Part shown: positions 25,911 through 31,886 of the stretch, in pieces
Numbering within the stretch: position 1 is the stretch's first letter
How the letters are laid out: each line of letters opens with the position of its first letter
Translations under genes and position numbers: made by a program
Notes under the pieces: model-generated
Seen by the model: only the letters and a program-made list of their open reading frames with translations
Database searches by the model: none
What the model was told of the DNA's origin: nothing
Source of the DNA: a virus
Direction: 5' to 3' (one strand)
IMG/VR virus record: IMGVR_UViG_3300045988_006552
Coordinates: 1-31,886 of that record
Length of the DNA stretch: 31,886 nucleotides

Positions 25911-26374
25911 TGAATAAATTCATAACGAATTATACTTCCGTAAAAGAATTTAAAGGACTCTCTACTCCTGCTACAGTGGTAACAGAAATTGACACTCCTT
26001 ACGGTAAAGGTCACAGATTTACAAGTGGTGGGCCTAACTGGCAGTGGGCTTATATAAAGATTAACTCATTCTTAAATTCAGGTGTTTTGCGATTTATTGC
26101 ACGAGCTAGCGTAGATTGTTTATTAAATATTCATAATGATCAAAATAAAATTGGTCAATTAAGTATTACAACTGATTGGTCGGTAATTGAATCTGAAGTT
26201 TTAAAAAAACCTGATAAAATTATTTCGTTTTACGGACTTGATGAAGGAGTATGGGTCGATATCTGTGATGCCGTCGTTTTGTCAGACCGTGACAGCTTGA
26301 ATCAACTCGATGCCATCAATGTGCCGATTTTCAAAGCCGATACCATGCCAATCTCAATCAACCAAGGAGCATAA
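25910..26374 (+). CDS. hypothetical protein; the N-terminal two thirds are encoded by a low-GC segment (receptor-binding/carbohydrate-binding candidate by context)
   Basis: TAATG overlap with the fibre gene end. ORF track 154 aa. Confidence 0.55.
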   Translation: MNKFITNYTSVKEFKGLSTPATVVTEIDTPYGKGHRFTSGGPNWQWAYIKINSFLNSGVLRFIARASVDCLLNIHNDQNKIGQLSITTDWSVIESEVLKKPDKIISFYGLDEGVWVDICDAVVLSDRDSLNQLDAINVPIFKADTMPISINQGA

Positions 26375-26377
26375 CCA

Positions 26378-26803
26378 ATGTTTGAAACCGTACAGACCAT
26401 CATCAACGGAGGCGATTATAACCTCACAGACCTCATCCAGCGCATCAAGACCCTGTATGCGATTGGCGAGCTGTCTGATGATGAGATGAAGCAGCTCCTC
26501 GAACAGGCGCAGGCGAACGCCAAGCCCGACGATTCCTACGCCCCGTTGGCCGACCGTGTGAAGGCAATCGAGGAATGGGAGACGACAATCGAGGAACGTT
26601 TAAGCAAGCTGGAAACCGGCTCATCGACTGAACCCACGGAACCAACAGACAAGTGGCCGGAATACAAGCAGCCGACGGGCGCGCACGACGCCTATCATGT
26701 GGGAGACAAAATCACTTACAACGGCAAACACTATACGTGCTTGATGGACGGTTGCGTGTGGACTCCAGACGCTTACCCGCAGGGATGGCGTGAGGAAGCA
26801 TAA
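26378..26803 (+). CDS. hypothetical protein with a C-terminal CBM5/12-like carbohydrate-binding motif
   Basis: C-terminal WPEYKQPTGAHDAYHVGDKITYNGKHYTCLMDGCVWTPDAYPQGW. RBS AAGGAG upstream. Confidence 0.5.
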   Translation: MFETVQTIINGGDYNLTDLIQRIKTLYAIGELSDDEMKQLLEQAQANAKPDDSYAPLADRVKAIEEWETTIEERLSKLETGSSTEPTEPTDKWPEYKQPTGAHDAYHVGDKITYNGKHYTCLMDGCVWTPDAYPQGWREEA

Positions 26804-26880
26804 GCCACATCTACACTGGTGTTTCCCAGTGGTAGACTGGTGTTGCTCCTTTCGAGCGATGGTGTGATGACCAAATGAAT

Positions 26881-26931
26881 TAGCCCGGCACTGGTCTTGA
26901 TGACTAGTGCCGGGCTATTCTTTCTTTTTTT
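26881..26931 (+). terminator. rho-independent terminator at the convergence of the late (+) and early (-) blocks
   Basis: tagcccggcactggtc - ttgat - gactagtgccgggcta, a 16-bp stem with one G-U pair, followed by ttctttcttttttt. Confidence 0.75.
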
Positions 26932-27260
26932 CAGTTGCTCAAGATGAAGTTTCGATTTCGGTATTCGCTGAATACTGGAACTTCCTCTGGGTGATCGTTG
27001 TAGGCGCTGACCAGCCAACCCTTCTCGTATGATTCTTTGGGGTGGGCGTGGATACGCCCGTGGCATCCCATAGTACCCGACCCGCATACGGTAATCAGGT
27101 TGCTGGGCAGGTTCAGCCCTTCCCAAGCGTGGGAGCGCATACGCCGGTGATGCAGGTTGAACGCGGATGAGCTTAACGTTCTCCCGCAGATGAAGCATCT
27201 GCCGTGGTCACGGTTGAACACCTTCATACGGGTTTCGATGTCAGGATCGGTTTTGCTCAT
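26931..27260 (-). CDS. HNH endonuclease
   Basis: CFICGRTL...FNLHHRRMRS....NLITVCGSGTMGCHGRIHAHP. Confidence 0.8.
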   Translation of the reverse strand: MSKTDPDIETRMKVFNRDHGRCFICGRTLSSSAFNLHHRRMRSHAWEGLNLPSNLITVCGSGTMGCHGRIHAHPKESYEKGWLVSAYNDHPEEVPVFSEYRNRNFILSN

Positions 27261-27549
27261 TGAATACTCCCGTGCAGTGGAAGAAATACAGATTAATTGG
27301 AGCGACCAGACTGAACGTGTATTGTTTCGTATTCTTGAATTCTATTTCGCGTATTGGCGTGGTTTCCACTCCTTCGATGCTGTTGAGGATTTCGTGGACT
27401 CGTAGGAGCGAGTCGGGGTCTTTGAAGCCTATCTGTCCGAACGTGAGTTCTTGCCCGAGTCCTTGGTTGTCGATGATTCTTTGGAGTTCCGGTTTCTTCA
27501 GTAGGAGGTTGATGATCGAGGTCAGGTAGTGGACGGTGTCGTTTTCCAT
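27241..27549 (-). CDS. hypothetical protein (102 aa), visibly more AT-rich than its neighbours
   Basis: RBS AAGGAG 4 nt upstream of the ATG at 27549. Overlaps the HNH start by 20 nt. Confidence 0.55.
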   Translation of the reverse strand: MENDTVHYLTSIINLLLKKPELQRIIDNQGLGQELTFGQIGFKDPDSLLRVHEILNSIEGVETTPIREIEFKNTKQYTFSLVAPINLYFFHCTGVFNEQNRS

Positions 27550-27590
27550 TGTTGCTCCTTTGGTGTGATGATGATTGGACTGACTGTCTT

Positions 27591-27920
27591 CTAGTCTTTG
27601 GTTAGGATGTCATAGCCGAGGTGTTCGGCCAACCGCAACCGGTATTGTTTCTGTGGTTTGCGGCGTCCGTTTTCCCACATGGCTATGACGTTCGGACTGG
27701 CGACGCCGATTCGTTCGGCTAGTTCCGATTGTGAGTATCCGTGGCGTAGCCTCCAGTATTTGATGCACTGGCCGATGGTTACTCGGTCGCTGATGGTCTC
27801 GTAGTCAATGAGGATGTTGCCGATGTTCTGTCGGGTGAAGAACTGGCCTGTCTGGCTGTCCTGTTCCACGGTGACTTCTTGACCGTTGATTACTGTCTTG
27901 ATCTTGTTTAGCTTGCGCAT
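27591..27920 (-). CDS. XRE-family HTH regulator with an N-terminal extension of about 45 aa
   Basis: IGQCIKYWRLRHGYSQSELAERIGVASPNVIAMWENGRRKP. RBS GGGAGG. It is the first gene behind promoter PC. Confidence 0.75.
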   Translation of the reverse strand: MRKLNKIKTVINGQEVTVEQDSQTGQFFTRQNIGNILIDYETISDRVTIGQCIKYWRLRHGYSQSELAERIGVASPNVIAMWENGRRKPQKQYRLRLAEHLGYDILTKD

Positions 27921-27934
27921 GTTTTACCTCCCTA

Positions 27935-27975
27935 TGTGATATATAAATTATATCACATTGTTTGTGTTTCGCCAA
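27935..27975 (-). promoter_or_regulatory. early promoter PC with 23-bp palindromic operator (tgtgatata-taaat-tatatcaca, 27935..27957)
   Basis: On the minus strand: TTGGCG (27975..27970), 17 nt, TGATATAAT (-10 = 27952..27947). Confidence 0.6.
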
Positions 27976-28231
27976 ACAGCTCACTAATGGCTTCACGCCC
28001 GGCGTCGGTCAACGCGAACCGCCAGCAATGACGATGCCGACTGTTCACACCCTCACGATCGACACGGCACACATGACCGGAGCGCTCAAGCTCGATCATG
28101 CGCGACCTCAAGCCCTGCGGAGTGTCGTCATACTTCGCTAAGACCGCCATCCGTTCGATTTCCTCGTGGGTCAGCGGTCGTTTCGCCATCCAAAGAATCA
28201 GCAGCACATGCACCTGTTGTTCGCTGAACAT
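27953..28231 (-). CDS. winged-helix (MarR/PadR-like) DNA-binding protein
   Basis: LILWMAKRPLTHEEIERMA....LRSRMIELERSGHVCRV. TAATG overlap with the upstream gene. Confidence 0.5.
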   Translation of the reverse strand: MFSEQQVHVLLILWMAKRPLTHEEIERMAVLAKYDDTPQGLRSRMIELERSGHVCRVDREGVNSRHRHCWRFALTDAGREAISELFGETQTM

Positions 28232-28596
28232 TACGCCACCGCCGTTTCAGCGGAGTGGCGGAGGAACGCGGCCACGCCAGCAGCCACGATCCACCCGGCA
28301 ACCCACTTGATTCCGAACCGTACCCTGTTGATCTTGGCTGCCATCGCCCACACCGGAAGCGACACCCACGGGCTAAGACACCAGCCACAGTAGGCGAGTT
28401 CGCCAAGACTATCCACGTAATCCTTCGCCCATGTTGGCAGCGAACTTGGAAGATTTTCGGTCTTTACGGTCAGCTTGTGGCGGAACGCTGAGAACACGTA
28501 GCCGGGGCCGGGCGAGAGCTGCACGACGGTGGTCGCGTATCCAGCCGTGATTCCAGCGGAAAGCACCGCGGTCCACCAATTGCCATCAGTTTTCAT
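28231..28596 (-). CDS. membrane protein (DUF1360-like)
   Basis: ELAYCGWCLSPWVSLPVWAMA motif plus flanking hydrophobic segments. Confidence 0.5.
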   Translation of the reverse strand: MKTDGNWWTAVLSAGITAGYATTVVQLSPGPGYVFSAFRHKLTVKTENLPSSLPTWAKDYVDSLGELAYCGWCLSPWVSLPVWAMAAKINRVRFGIKWVAGWIVAAGVAAFLRHSAETAVA

Positions 28597-28925
28597 CGGT
28601 CTTCCTTTTCCTTGTGGCGACGCCAGCAGTTATACCGCTTGTCATAATCCGCGTACATGGTTTCGTAAAGATGCTTTGCCTCTTTGGTGGCTTCCTCGTA
28701 TTCAAACCCGTGGTGTTCCAAGACGTATTGCGCGGCACCGACCCAGACGGAGCGGCGAACGTGTTGATACCAGCGGTCGAACAGTTTGCCACACGTCTTG
28801 TCGTGTTTGTCGTCTCCGAGGAAGTCGGCAACGCTCTCCACCACGAATGTACGCAACGAGTTCACCGTGATACGGTTACGGTCGAACAGCTCCAGCACAT
28901 CATTGGTCAAAGTATCAGGCTTCAT
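28593..28925 (-). CDS. hypothetical protein (110 aa)
   Basis: ORF track; overlapping start and stop signals with both neighbours. Confidence 0.55.
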   Translation of the reverse strand: MKPDTLTNDVLELFDRNRITVNSLRTFVVESVADFLGDDKHDKTCGKLFDRWYQHVRRSVWVGAAQYVLEHHGFEYEEATKEAKHLYETMYADYDKRYNCWRRHKEKEDR

Positions 28926-29236
28926 CAGTTTCCTCCTCTTTTTTCGGTGTCTTCATCGACTAGATAATCGGCTAGGCTGATGTCTTGCGGCTGCAAGTAG
29001 ATCAATCCGTCCAGCAAGATCATCGGATAACGCACGGTTACTTCTTGGTCTTTGGCGATGGTGCGTATCGCTCTGGCGGTGGGGCTCCCCGACGGCACGA
29101 TACGGAGCCTCCGACCCGTCTGCTGTGCGTACACGCGGCACGCCATCAGATAACCGGCGTCCTGCCACTTGCACGTCGGGCACCCGTCAAACAGTACGAA
29201 CATGTCATGGCTTTCGAGAATCGTTGCGGTCTTCAT
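28925..29236 (-). CDS. glutaredoxin/thioredoxin-fold protein (CPTC motif)
   Basis: FVLFDGCPTCKW ... RYPMILLDG pattern. Confidence 0.45.
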   Translation of the reverse strand: MKTATILESHDMFVLFDGCPTCKWQDAGYLMACRVYAQQTGRRLRIVPSGSPTARAIRTIAKDQEVTVRYPMILLDGLIYLQPQDISLADYLVDEDTEKRGGN

Positions 29237-30144
29237 CAGAACGTCACTCCCAGAGCGTCGGCCAGAACATCGGAGATATGGAGCGTGGCTAACTGGCGAC
29301 TCTTATGCTCCGCGATCTGTTCGGTGATGTCCTTGCGGTACACGGGGATGACCTGATGGCGTGCGTCTCCGGCCACGCGCGGGTCGTACATCGAGAAATA
29401 CAGGACGTCCAGCGAATCGCACACGACGAAGTATTGGAGTACCTGCGCCTTGTACTGGTCGGGGATGAAGTCGAAACCGGTCGCCTTGCTATCGAGCGTG
29501 TATTCCGGAAGAATCTGCTCAATAACGTCCACGAGTTCAGGTTTCAGGTTGGCGACGTGGGTTCGCATGGCGTCGGTGTGCATCATCCACGGTACGACGG
29601 CCTGCAAGTGGTAGGCGGAGCCGATCGACTTGCATTCGATGGCCCACGTCGGCTTCTCGCTGTTCTCGTAGGCGTCTGGACTGCACGCGATACGGTCGTC
29701 ATCCTCGCTCTCCCAGATACCGCAGTCAGTGACGCAACTACCAGAGTCGAAGCCGAGTGCGCGAAGCGTGATCTGGATGTTCTCGGGTTCGAGACGGTGG
29801 CCGCGTTCCATCGGCGGTTCACCGTCCGCTGGTTCGGCCCCCAGTTCCGCGAGGAACTTCCAGAAGTCCACACCGACCTTCATCCGCTTGTTCTTCGCTT
29901 CGGCGTCCACGATCTTCTCGTCGTAGTTCTGAGCCTTCGCGTAATACTCATTGGCCTTGTCAGGCGTCTTAGCCTTCTTCGCCTGTTCCAACGCCTTGTC
30001 ACGATACTCTTTGAGTTTCGCCACGTCGGTCTGTGCGTAGTGTTCCAATGCGAGTCCTCCGCTTTTAGTGCCGGTGATACGGCCCATACGTTCGTCGAGC
30101 CATGCTTCGGTTTCGGTGGCTTGCGATACATTGATGATCTTCAT
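29236..30144 (-). CDS. YqaJ-like (lambda Exo-type, PD-(D/E)xK) recombination exonuclease
   Basis: EAWLDERMGRITGTKSG ... ACSPDAY ... WAIECKS. ATG at 30144 with RBS AAAGGA (the track start is 30204). Confidence 0.75.
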   Translation of the reverse strand: MKIINVSQATETEAWLDERMGRITGTKSGGLALEHYAQTDVAKLKEYRDKALEQAKKAKTPDKANEYYAKAQNYDEKIVDAEAKNKRMKVGVDFWKFLAELGAEPADGEPPMERGHRLEPENIQITLRALGFDSGSCVTDCGIWESEDDDRIACSPDAYENSEKPTWAIECKSIGSAYHLQAVVPWMMHTDAMRTHVANLKPELVDVIEQILPEYTLDSKATGFDFIPDQYKAQVLQYFVVCDSLDVLYFSMYDPRVAGDARHQVIPVYRKDITEQIAEHKSRQLATLHISDVLADALGVTF

Positions 30145-30353
30145 TGTGGTTGTCCTTTCTGTTGGGTGTGGGCGGGTGATGAGTCCCGCCCAACCCAATT
30201 CCACGACAGAATGGTGTATGTAAACGCCGTGGCGGATTTATTGTTTGTCGATATTCAGTTATGGTTCCCTCCAGTCGACATGGTGAACGTGGATGTCCTC
30301 GAAAACGTCCCAATTGGTTTGTTTTGTTGGACTGTCGGCTGGCGGGAAGTCTT

Positions 30354-30578
30354 TTAGTCGCGTGGGGCGAACCGCACGATCAGCCATAGGCCGGTCAACA
30401 GGTAGATGACGCTCACAAGGACGGTGGCCGTCTGCGAGTCCGCCGTCCGCCACGTGAACAGCAGGGTCATGCTGCTCACGAATCCGATGATGGCGGCTGC
30501 GAACTTCAGACGGCGGAGCGTGTAGTTCGGCTTCGTTGCTTCAGGTTTGCTGTCGTGGTTGTTCTTCTGTTGATTCAT
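30354..30578 (-). CDS. small membrane protein
   Basis: Two hydrophobic segments. ATG at 30578 with RBS GGAGGA 6 nt upstream (the track start is 30605). Confidence 0.45.
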   Translation of the reverse strand: MNQQKNNHDSKPEATKPNYTLRRLKFAAAIIGFVSSMTLLFTWRTADSQTATVLVSVIYLLTGLWLIVRFAPRD

Positions 30579-30606
30579 TTCAGATCCTCCAATTCCTTGG
30601 TTCATT

Positions 30607-31200
30607 TCACATTCGGTTGATGGCGTTCATCAGATTCCGGAAATCGGTTTGGGTGAGTCCACGCCATCCCCTGACCTGACGGTTCAGAGTGCCGTTGATG
30701 AACTCGCCGCGCGCCTCGGACGGTATGTTGTGGACGTCCATCACCTTGACCAGCTCGGCATACTGTTCGGAGCTGATGGTACGGTCGGCAGTATCGTAAC
30801 GCTGTTTCGCATACGCGCCGTCGTCGTCCTTGTCGGGGAAGATGCCCAATACCGCGTAGAGACTGTAGCGGCGTGCGTAGGTGATCGCGCTGCCGACCTG
30901 CTGGGGGTCGCCGGTCACGAAGAACGGGTAGGAGCAGGCCACCATCTGTTCTTCATCGTCGAAGATGATGGTTTCTACTGTTCCGATGACCTGTCGCGCT
31001 TCTCCAGTGTTGTCGAACGTGACGCGCTGGCTGAATGCCAGTCCGTGCTTCTCGAAAACCGGTTTGATGGTTTTGAGGATCGTGGCGAGGTTGAGGTATT
31101 TGTAAGTCTTTTTGCCTGCCTGTGCGGTTTCGTCGGTGACGAAGTTGGGGACTTCGTTGAGGACTTTCATGAACTTGTTGCTGAGGTTGTTGGTTGCCAT
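30607..31200 (-). CDS. Erf-family single-strand annealing protein
   Basis: KKTYKYLNLATILKTIKPVFEKHGLAFSQ ... GSAITYARRYSLYAVLGI. Confidence 0.8.
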   Translation of the reverse strand: MATNNLSNKFMKVLNEVPNFVTDETAQAGKKTYKYLNLATILKTIKPVFEKHGLAFSQRVTFDNTGEARQVIGTVETIIFDDEEQMVACSYPFFVTGDPQQVGSAITYARRYSLYAVLGIFPDKDDDGAYAKQRYDTADRTISSEQYAELVKVMDVHNIPSEARGEFINGTLNRQVRGWRGLTQTDFRNLMNAINRM

Positions 31201-31240
31201 CTCAATGTTCCTTTCTGATAGTGTGATGACATATAAGGTA

Positions 31241-31263
31241 CCTCGCGGCTGCTGGCCGCGAGG
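31241..31263 (-). other. intergenic GC stem-loop between the first early gene and erf
   Basis: cctcgcggc - tgctg - gccgcgagg, 9-bp stem. No clear T tract. Confidence 0.35.
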
Positions 31264-31272
31264 CGAGTGTGA

Positions 31273-31734
31273 TTACTTGAGTTTGTGGACTAGGACCCTC
31301 ACATGGAGGCACTGGATGTTGTATCCTCCCGCGAAAATGCTCTTGATCGAGAAGCGGCCTTTGGGTCCGGAGATGATGCCGTTGATTCTTCCATCGGGGC
31401 CGATGTAGGTCCACTCGACTTCATCTATGCCTCCGGCCTTGGCGTTGCAACGGTCGATGATGTCGGCCTTCTTGCAGGCTGCTTCCTTGTCGAGGAACGT
31501 GGCGAACTTTACGGGGTCGTAAACGGAGTCGTATCCATGTTCTACGACTATCTTGCCATAGGCGCTTTTAAGGTCGGCCTGAGCCTCAAGCTTGCCATAG
31601 CTGTCGAGCTCGGGATCGTGCCAGATGGCTCCACGCTTTTCCTTGTACTGCTTGTAGAGGGCCGGGACTTGTTCGATGATGTTGGCTTTCCAGTTGTCAA
31701 GCAGTTGGTCGATGGGTTTCAGGTTGTTGTTCAT
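31273..31734 (-). CDS. hypothetical protein (153 aa), first gene behind promoter PD
   Basis: RBS AAGGAGG. ORF track. Confidence 0.6.
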   Translation of the reverse strand: MNNNLKPIDQLLDNWKANIIEQVPALYKQYKEKRGAIWHDPELDSYGKLEAQADLKSAYGKIVVEHGYDSVYDPVKFATFLDKEAACKKADIIDRCNAKAGGIDEVEWTYIGPDGRINGIISGPKGRFSIKSIFAGGYNIQCLHVRVLVHKLK

Positions 31735-31770
31735 TGTGGACCTCCTTGGGGTATAAGATCAGGCTGTTTG

Positions 31771-31811
31771 CCTGATATATCCATTATATCACATGTTGTG
31801 TGATATTACAA
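31771..31811 (-). promoter_or_regulatory. early promoter PD with 23-bp operator (cctgatata-tccat-tatatcaca, 31771..31793)
   Basis: On the minus strand: TTGTAA (31811..31806), 17 nt, TGATATAAT (-10 = 31788..31783). Confidence 0.55.
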
Positions 31812-31831
31812 ACTGATGTCTGTATTTCTCA

Positions 31832-31886
31832 TCACTCCGCAAGCAGTTCGGAAACCGCATTGTCAAACTCTTCGGATAACAGCCAA
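31832..31886. repeat. 55-bp terminal overlap identical to 1..55 (circular-contig signature)
   Basis: Direct comparison of both ends: tcactccgcaagcagttcggaaaccgcattgtcaaactcttcggataacagccaa. Confidence 0.95.

Noticed and set aside
26811-26835. The small hairpin and direct repeats (cactgg/ccagtg, actggtgtt x2) after the last late gene as an attP core.
   Set aside because: No integrase is encoded and the repeats are short. They are more likely part of the 3' UTR or the recombination scar described in the findings.

Overview
This window appears to be a complete, circularly closed genome of a siphovirus-type tailed dsDNA phage. Bases 1..55 are identical to 31832..31886, so the unique length is 31,831 bp. 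The host is probably a moderately GC-rich Gram-positive bacterium, judging from the GH25+LysM endolysin, AGGAGG-type ribosome binding sites (RBS) and sigma70-type promoters; it cannot be named from sequence alone. Gene layout: a rightward block (4180..26803, + strand) runs from a leaderless HTH gene through SSB, RusA, a Bro-N/KilAC antirepressor, small and large terminase, a portal-MuF fusion, a prohead protease-capsid fusion, head-tail joining genes, major tail protein, two tail chaperones, tape measure, Dit, Tal, fibres and the lysis cassette. It ends in an accessory receptor-binding-like module. A leftward block (26931..31734, continuing through the junction to 1..4007, - strand) carries an HNH endonuclease, XRE and winged-helix regulators, a YqaJ-like exonuclease, an Erf annealing protein, an acidic small protein, ParB-like and Dam-like methyltransferase genes, a tRNA, a DUF488 gene and a replication initiator. 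No integrase or other site-specific recombinase was recognised. The observations most worth a second look are listed here. (1) A 23-bp palindromic operator is embedded in four near-consensus extended -10 early promoters. (2) Back-to-back promoters share one palindromic -35 hexamer, and one of them gives a leaderless HTH mRNA. (3) An iteron array lies inside the replication initiator gene. (4) A BppU-like fibre gene after the lysis cassette is broken by an in-frame TAG and three -1 frame changes. (5) A sharply low-GC segment begins exactly at the start codon of the next gene. (6) A phage tRNA with an atypical anticodon loop abuts the methyltransferase start. (7) The two tail chaperone ORFs are in the same frame, separated by a single TAA, with no -1 frameshift geometry. 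All functional calls rest on motif recognition by eye; no searches were run.
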